Under the pieces are notes generated by a model. It was not told the DNA's origin, did not search any database, and saw nothing but the letters and a program-made list of their open reading frames with translations. The position numbers were made by a program, and so were the translations under genes. Shown one piece after another: positions 33,863 to 47,710 of a stretch of 64,000 nucleotides of DNA; position 1 is the first letter of the stretch, and each line of letters begins with the position of its first letter. This stretch comes from Callorhinchus milii (Eukaryota). The DNA lies in contig NW_024704743.1 in assembly GCF_018977255.1 (NCBI RefSeq), positions 89,034,001 through 89,098,000 of the forward strand, in the 5' to 3' direction.

Positions 33863-34101
33863 GGCAGGGCAAAACCTTGGGCAAGTTTCCTTACTCCACG
33901 TGCCTGATAATAATCCTTAAAAAAAATTGGTCACTTCAATCCACGACTGTTTGTGGGACACTGCTGTGCGCAATTGGCTGCCGCGTTTCATCCACTACGT
34001 TCAATACATTCAATTCACTTTACAGTCTATTCTGTGAAGCGCTTTGAGACGTTTAGAAGATGTGAAAAAGCACTATATCAAATGCAAGGATTATTATTAT
34101 T
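33863..34101 (+). mobile_element. 5'-truncated tRNA SINE nested in the CR1 RT region
   Basis: ggcagggcaaaaccttgggcaagtttcc...atcaaatgcaaggattattatt. Confidence 0.88.
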
Positions 34102-34818
34102 ACTGAACTGAAAATAAAGCAAGTGGGAATCAGAGGAAGTATCTTGCAATAGATATGTAATTAGTGGACCAATAGATCCCAAAAGGCAAAGCCTAGAGCT
34201 ACCAAAAAACATCAAACAACAATAGACTTTGTGAGGAAAAAAATATTTTTTGTTTAATTTAGATTAGTCAGCGTGAGGTGTTCATTGAGTTTTGTTATGA
34301 GTTTCAGACGGTTAACAACTGATTGAGATTCCTCAAAGACGAAGGTGTGGAGTCTAATCACTGGCAAGGAGTGGTTGTGCACTGAGTAGCCTGTTTCCAT
34401 CCTCTACATTCTTTGTAAATCTTTTAAAATATAATTACCCAGGAGAAAATCTCTATATTTTTTTAAAATAATATAGGAAAATAGCCCTTTTTGGTTTCAG
34501 CTGAGCCGTAAGGCAAATGGGACCTAAACTAGCAATCTGATCGAAAAATGACATTATCAACTGCAACAAAGAGCTTAACAGTGGCGGAGCTTAATGACAA
34601 GTCAAGGAGAGGGAGATGTGACTGAAGGCATAGTCGAAGAGAAAGGTGTGATCTGAAGAAGGGGAAGGAGGAGATATGGCAGAAGGATGACGGAGAGAGC
34701 GATGTAGTGGACTGTGGCGTACGTAGGTGAGAGAGTCAGAGAGGCATGAAGCGATTTGCAAACAGGAGTGAGTATCCTCAAATCAATCTTTTCTGTGATA
34801 GAGACCATGTCTAAAGCA

Positions 34819-35117
34819 GACTATCCTCCTTGCGGGGGAGGTAAGTGGGGTCTCCTTAGAGCTGAACTGGCTCCAAGGTGACATGCCTGGCAATGGAATG
34901 TCAGAATTGAGCCATCCTTTTGTGGCAGTCTTGATAGTCTGGTTCCTGAGCCAGGTGGGTCAGCAGTATTCCAGGATATTGCTGATGTCAGCACAGCCAG
35001 TCTGGCTCATTGGCAGGACCTGGAAGGGCAGAGCAGTCACTGGGGACAGGGGACAGGGAGTCATCCCACAGCTCCTGTTAACCCTGCAAGCTAAAACCCT
35101 AATGGGTAGGGTGGTCT
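34819..35117. repeat. Unclassified dispersed repeat, copy 1
   Basis: Collinear with 39400-39657 (gactatcctcct..ctggctccaaggtgacatg..aatgtcagaattgagcc..agctcctgttaacc..ccctaatgggtagggtggtc). Confidence 0.8.
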
Positions 35118-38100
35118 TAGTGATATCAATTGCAAACTATGTGGCTTTAGACTGCCCCTTGGGTCGTTGGAATTTGCACGCTCTATGACCTTCAGTGTCC
35201 TTGGGTTGGGCAAAGCTGTGCTCCTCGTAAGAAAAGGATATCATCAGCTCCCTGGAGGATCTTGCAGGACTGGCAAAAAGAGATTAATATTACAATTATA
35301 ATATCATTATGTATAATGGCATTATTAAAGCAATATTGCATATTCATAGCTTTTTCGTAGTCTGTAGATTAATCCTCTAAAATCCTTCTGAATTCTTTAA
35401 ACTCTTATAGCTGTTAGAATGAACATTAATGATTTAAATAAACCTGCACCTGGGGAGCAAACTCAGTCACTACTGCTGAATATTGTATCCACACTGCCCA
35501 CTGCTGGTGAAAATCAATTTGGCAGTGTACTTGGTACTGGAAAAAACACCTTTGATTGAGTCGAATTAATAATAATCCTTGCATTTGATATAGCACCTTA
35601 CCACATCGTCGAGATGTCAGAAAGTGCTTCACAGGATACACTGTAAAGTGGATTGATTGTGTATTTTGTGGGCGAGAAACATAAGTCAAACTTTGGATGA
35701 AATTCTTTCCCCTATATTAAGTCAAATGGCGGTCAAAATTTGAAAACATGTATTCACAGAGAAAATTACAGGAATTCTTTATAATCCATTTAACAACTAA
35801 TGATTCTGGAATCCTTTCTATTGGGTGGTACAGTAGTTATACAATTAAAGACCCCTGCAATTCCTTCTGTACATTTGTTCGCACATAGTTAACCTGCCAG
35901 CCAATTCTGCATATGGGTTTTTAATCCAACCCTCTTATTTGACCTCAGAGTGCTTTAATCAGTACTACCACTATTTTGTTATAAAATATAATGGGACTGT
36001 GAATGCATGTTTCAATGTATGTGAGGGCTACAACTGGTCAGGAATCTATAATGATTTCTAAAATATGTTGGATTGAAAAAGTAAAGGTAAATTATACAGG
36101 AGTAAACATAAAGGAGTAGATGGATCATTTAAACAATCTAAAAATAGTTGTAAAATTCTTGTCAATGAATAAAAACTCTTGATAAAATGAAGGATATACA
36201 GTAATACTCTAGACTCTCAATTATTGTAATAAAGCTTTTTGTTTCAGTGTAAAACTCGTTGGATCCTTCACCACATAAAGGATGGCAGATGGCTGAGAAT
36301 GTGTTCCAACACTAGCATATTCAACACAATACAATTCAAACCCAACAGTATGTCACAACCTTGAACATGTTCCCAATTGTTTATTATTTACAATATGTAT
36401 CAAATATTTTTAAAACGTTAGAGCTTGCTTCAATGTTCCTTAGATAGTTAGAGTGTTAAATAAAATAGTGAATGTTTAATGCTCCTTTGTGTTGTGTTTT
36501 ACTGCTGGCACACTATGTTACATATTGCATATATTTTCTTTTGCTTGAAGGAATTCTTCAGGAAGTGGGTAAGATGAAGTATTTTGCAAGTCCCATAAGA
36601 ACATGCTAGGTATGGGTCTTAGAGTCCAAACAAAACCCACAGGATCCAATTGATCTGGACCAGCTATTGTCAGAAGGTTATGGGTTGAAACCCCACATCA
36701 GGACTTTCAACTCATGGTCTAGGCTGACGTTCCTGTACAGTGCAGGGGGAGAGCTGCATTGTCAGGGAACTGTCCATCGGTTGAGCCACTAATGGTGGAG
36801 CAGAGATATTGAGGGACAAACAGGAGACCGGGGGCAGCGGGTGATGGAGTAGGGAATAAGCAGGTTGTAAAGTTAGGAAGGTGCCAGGGCGAGAAGGGAT
36901 TTGTAGATGGGTCTGAGGATCTTGAAGTCAATCCGTTCTGTAATAGGAAGCCAGTAGAGACTGGTATAATAGGGGTATGGGGTTTAATATAAAGAAAATA
37001 AAATATAGAACAACTTATTTTTATACAGCACCATTCATGCAAGATGCAGGTTATTCTTTCCACCCTGGAGGATATTTTGATATAACAGCTAAACGTTGAA
37101 TTAATAATAGTATTCTTTGCATTTGATTTAATGCCTTACCACATTATCAAAATGACTCAAAGCTCCTCACAGGATTTATTGTAAAGGGTAGTGACTGTGT
37201 ATTGGTCGGCCAATATTGCAGCCAATTTCCACACGTCAGTGTCTCACAAACATCAATATTTTATCCAGGGGCTTGTTGGCCAAGACAGAAAAGGAGAAAT
37301 TACCTTTTATTCCCCCAATAGCGCCATAGGATTTTGTCAGTCTAGTTCATTTGGTAGCATTCTTGCCTCTAAGTCAGATGGTTGTGTGTTGAAGCCCCAC
37401 ATTGGAAATTTGAACGCACAGTCTAGGCTGGCATTCCAGTACCGTACTTGTAGATCTTAAAAATCCCTTGTTATCTCTAACATCCACCTGAACATACAGA
37501 TAGTACCTCAGTTTATCTTCAGTCTCTTGCAGAGGTCAGCACATCAGAAAGTGCAATACTCCCACAGAACTGACCTGGAATGTCAGCATAGCTATGAGCT
37601 TAAAAACTCAAGGTAGATGTTCGAAGTAAGACATCTGATGAAGAAGGACTGTTTGCCATTTGCAATTTATCTTTGCTTTGCAATACTCAAAAGAATAATT
37701 GCTGACACTAGTGGTCAAAACTGCAAAGGTCTGAAGTCAGGGTAAGAAGTGGTGCTACAAATCAGCATTCAAAATGTCAATTTTTACTGAGCTGTAGCAC
37801 GCTCAACTGAGGGCCTGATATATTCAGAGTAGAAAGAAAATACTAGCTGACTGATTTATTCAGTAATTCAAGGTTGAAATCCTGCAAGTTGACATTTTTA
37901 TTGTCACAAAAATGTCATTTGAATTGCCAGCATGTTCTATTTGAATGCCTTGCAGGAACATACATGAGAATTTGTTGAACTGTAAGTGACATCTATAACC
38001 ATAATTTCCCCATCAACACAATTATTTCTTACAACATTATAAGTACTTTATTCTGCTGTTTCTCTTTTTTAAAAAAAGGTTCTATAATATACAGCTTTTG

Positions 38101-38409
38101 ATTTACAATGATCGTCAGTAAATTAATTTCAGATTTTTTTTGCATCAAATCATGCTCCAAAAATTGCGAAAGATTTATATAATTTAATTTTGATCAGTAA
38201 CTACTATAACATTTTACATGATAAGCAGTACTTATTCACTTCATATGATAAACAGCAATTATTCATTGACATCTGAAAATAGAAGGACTGTGCAGGTGAA
38301 AACAATTGCACATTGATTTAACAGATCACAAAAGGTTCACATGAAAACGGCTCTTCAGTCCATTGATCCCATCTTTCCAGAATACCCACTCTACCATCCT
38401 CCCATCACA

Positions 38410-39220
38410 GCATCAAGCAGTTTGCCTCCACACCTCAGGTACTGACAGCATCACCATCCATGGTTGCACACTCCACCTTGCTAAGCCAGTCCGGAACTTT
38501 GGCGTCTTGTTTGACCCTCAACTATCCTTTCTACCCCACATCTGTGCCATCTGCTTTGCCTTCCCCCACCTCCGCAACATCACCCAGCTCTGCTACTGTC
38601 TCACACCACAGGCCGCCGAAACCTTCATACAAGCATTCATTACATCGAAGCTTGACTATCTTCCTTGCTTGTCGGCCTCCCCAGCTCCTCCCTCCATAGG
38701 CTGCAGAATATCCAGAACTCTGCAGCACGTGTCCTCTCTGGCACTAGGCTCTGTGACCCTATCCTTGTCCGACTCCACTGGCTTCCCATCACACACAGTT
38801 CAAGATCCTGATCCTCACCTTCAAAGCACTCCACAGTCTTGCTCACCCTTACCTCTGCGACCTCCTAACCCCTTACCATCCTGCTCGCTCCCGCCGCTCA
38901 GCGGGCTCCGGCCTCTTCATGTCGACTGCCTCGCCCGCCTCGCCTGTCCCACCATTGGTAGGGCGGGCCTTCTGCCACTCTGCCCCCACCCTCTGGAACT
39001 CCATACCGCAGTCCCTCTGCTGCGTCCCCTCCCTTGCCATCTTCAAGACCCATCTCAAGACCCTCCTCTTGCTTTCGATCACCCTGCTTCCCCCCCCCTC
39101 ACTTCAACCTCTCTGATCCCAACCCCCAACTCGGATCAAACACTCTTACTGTCCAGTGCCTTGGGTCGTCCTCCCAACATGATAGGTGCTATATAAATGT
39201 AATTTTGTGTTGTTGTTATT
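38410..39220 (+). mobile_element. L2 LINE 3' fragment
   Basis: VRNFGVLFDPQLSF..HLRNI..AAETFIQAFITSKLDY; tail gtgccttgggtcgtcctcccaacatgataggtgc plus (ttg)n. Confidence 0.9.
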
Positions 39221-39399
39221 TGTTAATGGGAAGAGCCATGTGGCAGAGCTGTGGATAGGAAGATGGTGTCAAAGCTCCCATGCACTTCATGCTGAGCTGT
39301 GTTGCCCACCAGAAGCTGGCAGGAAGGGTCTGGTACTTGCCATCCACTGAGTGAGGGGGGCACAAACCTGTGTTGTCGAATATCAAATGACCAACTAGT

Positions 39400-39657
39400 G
39401 ACTATCCTCCTGGGGGAGTTTCCTTGTAGTTGATCTGGCTCCAAGGTGACATGTTTGGTGATAGAATGTCAGAATTGAGCCCACCCTCTGTGGTGGACTC
39501 GGTAATCCAGTTCCTGAACCAGGTGGGTCTGCAGTACTCCAGGGCCCTGCTGATGGCAGCACAGCCCGAATGGCTCATCGGCAGACCATGGAATGGGAAT
39601 CCTCCCATATAGCTCCTGTTAACCTTGAAAGCCAAAGCCCTAATGGGTAGGGTGGTC
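39400..39657. repeat. Unclassified dispersed repeat, copy 2
   Basis: See 34819-35117. The GC-richer sequence probably extends over about 39225-39840. Confidence 0.8.
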
Positions 39658-41585
39658 CTACCTACAAGAAAGCTTTCCAGGCAGTGCTGTCAATGGTAAG
39701 CTATGCAGTTCTAACTGGTTGTACTTCAGCAGTACCCCAACACACACTCTGGGGTCCCCAGGCCTTGGCTCTTGCCAAACCTGCACCTAATACTCTCTGG
39801 CTATGGGTAAGCAGGATACGTCCCTCCAGGGAGAGAGAGCGTATTCCATTTCAATAAACATGTCTGGAGTTTCTTCTCAAAGTAGAGATCATTTCCTCTC
39901 TATCCTGATTTTTAACAAGTCGCATAATATAATAAAAAAATCCTTCCATTTGATACAGCGCTTTATCATGTCTTCGAGATGACTCAAAGGGCTTCACAGG
40001 ATATACTGTAAAATGTAGTGATTGTGTATTTTGTGGGCGAAATGTGGCAGTCAATTGCGCACAGCAGTATTTCAATTATTGATAATGCAGTGCTCTCTCT
40101 TTCTCTCTCCCCCAGCGCTGCGCTGGAGCATCAGCCTGGCCTGTGAGCTCAAAGGCCCCGAGATGTGTGGGAGACATGTAGACTCTAACTTTTGTAGAAC
40201 ATGTGTGGCTTCAATCCTATTAGGCCATTTACTTGAACAAGTGCAATTGCGTCAAGTCAGGAACCAGCTTTTGTCTCCATTGACCCACTGAATCCATCCA
40301 AACTATATCACATGTATGTTCAGTATTACTCCAGTTCAAAGCATGATTACTATACCTTAATGACAAGCTCTTTTGAAAGAAATCATGTATGAATCACATT
40401 CAATTATTTCATGTCTTCTTTCCAAGATGAAATAAAAGTTCAAGGAATAACCAGAAGCTTATAATAGAAGACTAAAGCCCATTTGAAGCTGATCAAGTGT
40501 AACTAAAGTTCATTATTTTATTTGAATTCTGGAAACATAAAATGATTCTTGCATTTGATAAAATCCCTTATCACAATGTCAAAATGTCTGAAGGCACCTC
40601 ACAGGATTTATAGGCATAATAATAATGATGGAACAACTTCTAGGGGCTGTTTTGATGAGGGGAAATTCATTTTTAATGTCTCAAAACATGCAGAAAAATG
40701 TTTAGTTAATATTAGAGTTCTTTTCATTTAAGTATTTTAATGATCTGAATGTATAGGTGTAAATATCATGTGCAAAAGAATAATTATAGGTAATTTGCAC
40801 ACTATTATTGTATGCTTTAAAAGCAAAGGATGGTAATAAGGTAATAGGGCAAAAACTGAGGCCTGTGGTATGTTAAATAAGGTATCGTTGACATTGCCAA
40901 TCTGTCTGTAGCTAAACAGTTATACGGGTCTACCAGCGTTACTACTCCCTGTTCTGCCACCTTGGTGAGCACAGAATCACCCCAAAGGTGAACACAAGTT
41001 AAGCCAAAATGGAGATTAATATCATCTTTTGTTTCCCCATAAGGTGCTGAATTTTAATTAAAAAAATCTACAATGAAAAGACACTGAACTGGAAATTTTA
41101 TGTTTATCATTCATATTCTATCCTCAGCATCATCAGTGTCATGTTATTGTAAATAATTGAGCAGAAAAATACTGTAATATTTTGTTGTATTAGTTAAAAA
41201 AATCCTCCTGTTGCACTAGTAAGAGTTAAGTCTGATCCTAGTCGCCTGCTAAAAATAATCTTGCAATGCCTTGATATGTAATCATAATCTGTAATTCACT
41301 GTATTTTGGAATGTGTCATTGTCATAGGCTATATGATAAAATTAGACAGCTTCTGGACTGTGAAGGCTTGTGGCATTTTACTCTTTACTTTCTTAAAAAG
41401 GCAATGAAGCAAGATTAGAATAATAAACAAACAGATTTATTTTCCTTGCAGTGTGTCATATTGTGCATTGATCTGAATCATTCGTGGGGCTTGGGGCTGC
41501 CGGTGCTAAACTTGCGCTAAGATTCTTTTCATCACCTTTTAGTCTCATTACAGCTGCCCTGTCACTTTGCGTATTTCAGATGAAG

Positions 41586-41586
<1 letters not shown>

Positions 41587-41637
<51 letters not shown>

Positions 41638-41941
41638 CCTTGCATTTGATATAGCGCCTTTCACGTCGGGAGGACGTCCCAAAGCGCTTCACAGAATATA
41701 CTGTAAAGTGAATTGACTGTATATTTGTGGGCGAACGCAGCAGCCAATTGCGCACAGCAATGTCCCACAAACAGTCGTAGATTGAAAATGACCAATTTAT
41801 TATTGTTTTGGGTTTTTGGAGGGATTATTATTAGGCGTGTGGAGTAAGGAAACTTGCCCAAGGTTTCGCCCTGCCTGGAATTGAACCCAGGTGTCTTGCT
41901 TGCAAAGCAAGTGCTCTAACCACTGAGCTACAGGACTCCAC
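41587..41941 (-). mobile_element. tRNA-derived SINE, short variant, young, with a long (AAT)n tail
   Basis: Complete from the head (caggactccac) to a tail of about 17 AAT units. Confidence 0.94.
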
Positions 41942-42319
41942 AAAAGACGTGAAAGGCGCTCTATAAATGCAATCTTGTTGTTGTTGTTGTTTAAACATAA
42001 TAATATGCTAACAAAAAATTCAAGTAGCAAAACCCACAAACCCTTCTCGCTCTCTCAATCACCCCCACCTTAACACAAATACAACTCAATGTCCACATTC
42101 AAATGGTTCCATGCTTCTTTTATTTTTATTTTGCATTTAAATGGTACAATAGATTGGGCCATTGTTTAAGGAAATAAGCAGTTAAGAAGTTTAGTAAGCT
42201 AGCGTGTTACTTAGGTTTCATTTCATACCTTTGATAAATATGATAAGCACTTTTTAATAAAGCAAAATTACAACAATTTCTGTGATAGGTTTCACAGTCA
42301 CTGTTAATTCGTGTAACAT

Positions 42320-44735
42320 AGACTGGCAAAATAACAGTGTAAAGGGCAAGGAGGGGGAAGAATTCCTGAAATGTGTGCAGGAATCTTTCTGGATCAGTAT
42401 GTTTCCAGCCCAATGAGGATGGAAGCAGTGCTGTATTTAGTTCTGGGGAATGAAGTGGGGCAAATGAAGCAGGTTTCAGTAGAAGAGCATCTGGACAATA
42501 GTGAACACAACATTATTAGGTTTAGAGTACTTATGGAAAGGGACAAGGAGCAATCAAAGGTGAAGATACTCAACTGGAAGACGGATAATTTCAATGAGTT
42601 ACAAAGGGACCTAGCCAAGGTGGACTGGAAAGACAGATTGGCACGTAAAACGAACAATGGGAAGCCTTCAAGGAGGAGATAGTTCATGGACAGAACAAAT
42701 AGATTCCCACAAATGGGAAAGGTAGGGCATCCAAACCACCCCGAAGGACTAAGGAAATTGGGATTAAAATAAAACAGAAAAAGGAGGTTTATGATAAATG
42801 TCAGGTCCAAAATACAGAAGATAATCTAATAGAATATAGAAAGTACAGAGGAGAAATGAAAAAGGAAATAATAGGTGCAAAGGGATTGTGTGAGAAAAGA
42901 TTAGCAGGTAAAATAAACGGGAACCCTAAGGTATTTTATAAGCACATAAAGAACAAAAGGTTAGTCAAAGCTAGGGTGGGTCCAATTAGGGACCAAAGAG
43001 GGGAATGGCTGGCGTACTGAATGAGTACTTTGCATCTGTCTTCACAAAAGAAGAGGATGCAGCCAATGCCACAGTATCGGAGGAGAGGGTAGAGAAATTG
43101 GATAAGATAAGAATAAACCGAGAGGAGTTATTATAAAGGTAGTCGGTGCTCAAGGTAGATAAGTCACCCAGTCCAGACAGGATGCATTGTAGGTTACTGA
43201 GGTAAGGGTGGAAATAACGGAGACTCTGGCTACAATCTATCAATCCTCCTTGGACACTGGGTGGTGCCAGAGGACTGGAGGGTTGCAAATGTCACTCCCC
43301 TGTAGAAAAAGGGACAGAAGGATAAACCTGGGAACTACAGGCCAGTCAGCCTAACCTCAGTAGTGGGGAAACTTCTAGAAACTATAATGCAGGACAAAAT
43401 AATTCTTCACCAAGAAAAATATGGGTTAATAAAGGAGAGCCAACATGGATTTGTTAGAGGCAAATCGTGGCTAACAAACCCGATGGAGTTTTTTGATGAA
43501 GTAACGGAGAGGGTGGATGAAGGTAGTGCAGTTGATGTAGTTTATACGGATTTTCAAAACGTGTTTAATAAAGTGCGACTTAAGAGACTTGTAAACAAAA
43601 TAGAAGCCCACGGTATTAAAGGGACAGTGGCAATATGGATACAGAACTGGCTGGGATACAGAAAGCAGAGAGTGGTGGTGAATGGTTGTTTTTCTGACTG
43701 GAGGGAAGTGTGCAGTGGTGTCCTCCAAGTGTCAGTATTGGGACCATTGCTGTTTCTGATCTATATAAATGACCTGGACTGGATACAAGGAATACAATTT
43801 TCAAGTTTGCAGATGATATTAAACTAGGAACAGTAGTAAACAGTGAGGAGGATAGTATCAGACTGCAAATGGACATAGACAGACTGGTAAAATGGGCAGA
43901 GACGTGGCAGATGAAGTTTAATGTGAAGAAATGCAAAGTGATGCATTTTGGGAGGAAGATTGAGGAGAGGGCATATAAGCTGATGGCAGAATCTTAAAGG
44001 GGGTGAAGGAACAGAGTGACCTGAGGGCTCATAGAAATAAATCTTTGAAGGTGATAGGACAGGTAGATAAATCTGCTAAAAAAGCATACGGGATACTAGG
44101 CTTAATAAATAGGGGCATAGAATACAAAAGTCAGGAAGTTATGATGAACCTTTATAAAACACTGGTTAGACCTCAGCAAGAGACTGTGTTCATTTCTGGG
44201 CACTGCACTTTAGGAAGGATGTCAAGGCATTGCAGACGGTGCAAAGGAGATTTACCAGGATGGTACCAAGAATGAGGGACTTCAGTTATGAGGAGAGGCT
44301 AGAGAAGCGAGGATTATTCTCCATGGAGCAGAGAAGATTAAGAGGAGACTTAATTGAAGTTTCGAAAATTATGAGGGGATTCGATAGGGTGAACAAGGAA
44401 AAATTATTTCCACTGGCGGGTGGATCAGTAAACCGAGGACACCGATTTAAAATAGTTATTAAAAGAAACAGAGAGGTGGTGAAGAGACACTTTCTCACAA
44501 AAAGATTTGGAATACATTGCCTGAAAGGATGGTGGAAGCCGATTCGATTACAACTTTTAAGAGAGAAATAGATAATTATTTGGGGAGGACAAGTTTTCAG
44601 GGCTATGGGGAGAGAGCGGGGGAGTGGGAGGACTGATTTGGGTAGCACTTTTCAAAGAGCCGGCATAGACACATTGGGCCGAATGGCCTCCTCTGTGCTA
44701 TGTAATTCTATGATTCTATGTTTCTATGATTCTGT
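42320..44735 (+). mobile_element. CR1 LINE, ~2.4 kb of ORF2 plus 3' end
   Basis: [71 protein letters not shown]; ends in (attctatg)n, the CR1 octamer tail. Multiple stops and frameshifts. Confidence 0.95.
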
Positions 44736-44775
44736 AGGTCTTATAAAAGTTCCCTATCCCGGTGTAAACAGATCA

Positions 44776-45140
44776 ATAATAATAATAATCCTTTGATATA
44801 GTGCCTTAACATGTCTTTGAGATGACTCAAAGCGCTTCACAGAATATACTGTAAAGTGAATTGATTGTATATTTTGTGGACAAAATGTGGCAGCCAATTG
44901 CACACAGCAGTGTACCACAAATAGTCATGGTTTGAAGTGACCAACTTGTTTTTTTTTAAGGAATCATTACCCCCAGAAAAACGATCCACCAATTGACTAA
45001 GAAGTGGATTCCTACTTACTGCTGTATAAACAGAAGTGTGTGTAGTAAGGAAACTTGCCCAACATTTTGGCCAGCCGGGAATCAGGCCAGGTTTGTTGCT
45101 TACAAGGCGAGTGCTCTAACCACTGAGCTACAGGATTCAC
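44776..45140 (-). mobile_element. tRNA-derived SINE, long variant
   Basis: (aat)n tail through cactgagctacaggattcac head. A further SINE 3' fragment follows at about 45237-45385. Confidence 0.88.
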
Positions 45141-45149
45141 TGAGACAAC

Positions 45150-45221
45150 TGACAACTTTATCTCATTACTATGCTTGAAATATGCTTGACAACTTTATCT
45201 CATTACTATGCTTGAAATATG
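45150..45221. repeat. 35-bp direct tandem duplication (period 37)
   Basis: tgacaactttatctcattactatgcttgaaatatg occurs twice. Confidence 0.88.
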
Positions 45222-47459
45222 TTGCGTACCCCAAAACAATATAATAATAATAATAATAATCCTTGCGTTTGATATAGCGCTTTTCAAGTCTGCTAGACGT
45301 CTCAAAGCGATTCACAGATTATACTGTAAAATGAATTGACCGTATATTTGTGGGCAAAACGCGACAGCCAATTGCGGACAGCAGTTCATTTACCACAACC
45401 CTGTCTACTAATGCCTGGCACAAGAACCTGAGTTTTCCAGCTCTGTTACTACTCCATTAGCAACTAAATACCACACACTCCACACTATATAACCTGTACA
45501 TTACACCATTTATACATTGTAGAGTTGTTGAGGTTTTTAGACATCTCTGAATACCCATTATTGTGAACACAGTAATATCGCAAACCCAAGGTCTGTGAAT
45601 AGAGTGCTCCCATTCTGTGTAGCTGATGCTTTAGTAATCTACCTACAATTCTTTCACAGCAGAAATTTATGTGTAAGGAATTCATTCAGTAAATTAAAAT
45701 AGGTAGCTTTACAGTTAGAGAATAAAACATGCAGAAACGGTACTTGCGGGACAGTAGAAACAGTGCATTGGAAATTCATTTCAAGGGCAAGTTATATTTT
45801 TCATTTAGTATCACCTTAAAATTGGAATTTGCCATCCATCTGCTACCATGACATTGTTACATGACCAATTTCTATGTAATTATTTTTGTGTGAAGGGAGA
45901 GCCCCGGCTAAGCATTGGTTGCTGAGTTAACAGAACTCAAGTAGGATGAATCCCTGCTCCTAGTCTTTCTCTGTACATTCTGTGAATAAGTCATCAGTAG
46001 TGCCTTGGAAAATTAGATGAGCATGATCTACTCTTGTCTGAAATTAGTATGTTGGGATCTATTTTATGGTACTTCTGAACTTGATGCCTTTTTTAAAAAA
46101 AATTAAGCTGAGTGTGTGAGGGAAGTTCTGTTAGCATTCATATCGACTAGCAGGAAGTCCAAAAGCACTCCAATAGTAGATTGAATTAAAGCAGAGTTCT
46201 CATCCTGGAAAGAGTGTTTTTTGGTGTAACTTGAATTCCTTATTAAGCAATCCTTATTAAGAAAGTGCCAATTAGACCCCGATATTGCTCTAACGGTTAT
46301 TCAAGTAAGAGGAATACCTTTTTGATAGCAATATTAAATGCAAATTAAATGTAAAATTACAAAATGAAACATTTTAAATAAAATAAATATTTGAATTCTA
46401 TTTGTATAGCTTGTTTTTTCTGTATTCTTTATCTTCATTTTGTTATCTTATTTTACTCTTTTTGTAACTAATAGATTCTATTTTTCCTATTTATAATTAA
46501 CTACTTTGTGCGGATGAGAAACCTTTCTCTATCTCCATCCTAGCTTGAGGCTAGTTGATTCATATTCACATCCTTTGGGTCTGTGATCAGATCACAGTTT
46601 AAGTTAAATAGACTACTTTTATCCGTATTAGCTGTGCGTCTCATTATTTTAAATGCTTAGATTATGTCTTCTTACTGCTGTCTTTTCTCTCATGGTAACA
46701 AGTTCAGTTCTGAGAATCTGTCCACATAAGTTAGAGTCAGAATCATCCTTGCCATCCTTCACTGAGGAATCTTTCAGGAATTGATATCCTTTTAAAGATA
46801 GGGTGCCCAAGAGTACAGACACTATTTCAAATATGGCCCTTCTTATGATCTATCTGAGGTTAGCATAATTTGTTTTGATTTACAATCAGATGCCTTTTAG
46901 ATGTGTCCCAGGACTTGACTTGATTTACCAATGAAAGCTTCATATCTAGTGGAGGCATTCCATGAATGCTTAACAATCAAACCCCAAATCTTTCCCTTTG
47001 TACTTTTCAAGTCTTTCATTATATGTTTTATGTTCGCAAATGAGAACGAGGCAGCGTTGTATTGCACAGCCACTAACACAGCAACGAGCATAAGAATAAA
47101 TTAGCAACATAAGAACAGGAGGAGACCATTCAACCCGTCAAGCCTGTTCCACTATTAGCTGATGTGTTTCCCTATAGAATGATATTCTATATTTTATACA
47201 AGTTTATTATTTATTTCCAGATTATCATCACATTTTTTCATTGTGATATTAATTTAGGTTCTGTCTGTCTGCCTCGTGATTCAGGTGATTGTAACGCGAT
47301 TGCCTTATTACAAAGAAACATGGTTACTTTTAAATGTAAATCTTTACATTACAATCCAACTTTACATTTATATAGTGTATTTCATGTCAGGAGGATGTGC
47401 CAGAGCAGTTGGCTTTGCTTGCTAGGCCCCCAGGCTGGGGTAACCTTGTTACTTGAACA

Positions 47460-47710
47460 AGAGGAGTACCTTTCATACAGCCTCCACTTCATCTCAGCTA
47501 ATGATTTTTCTTTCTGCCCCCGCCCGGTCACCTGCGGGGTAACCCAAGGAAGGCTCCATCCTTGGCCCTCTTCGTTTCCTTATATACATGCTCTCTCTGG
47601 GTGATGTCATCTGCAGACATGGGATAAACTTCCATATGTATATGGAAGACACGCAAATCTACTTTGCCTCCTCCAGTATCAACTCTAGGTCCACTGATGT
47701 TCTTCTGTGA
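47460..47710 (+). mobile_element. L2 RT fragment
   Basis: cctgcggggtaacccaagg..tccttggccctcttc..ggtgatgtcatctgcagacatggg..ttccatatgtat, the GVxQGSxLGP / GDIIRRHG region. Confidence 0.78.

Larger units (their letters stand above)
30840..34165 (+). mobile_element. Decayed CR1 LINE ORF2 (endonuclease to RT) interrupted by an L2 and a SINE
   Basis: VCYRPP..IVVGDFNLPEI..GKKFLE, then the L2, then VTEPTRGNNIMDLV..SDHNVITF, GPDVLYPRILK..GNYRLVSLTS, SCQTNLL..VDVVYLDFIKAFDRVP, then the SINE, then [10 protein letters not shown]. Confidence 0.88.

Noticed and set aside
37700..37726. CTCF-like CCACTAGTGTCAGC with an upstream TGCAG on the minus strand
   Set aside because: Fitting the core needs a one-base gap; too weak to report.
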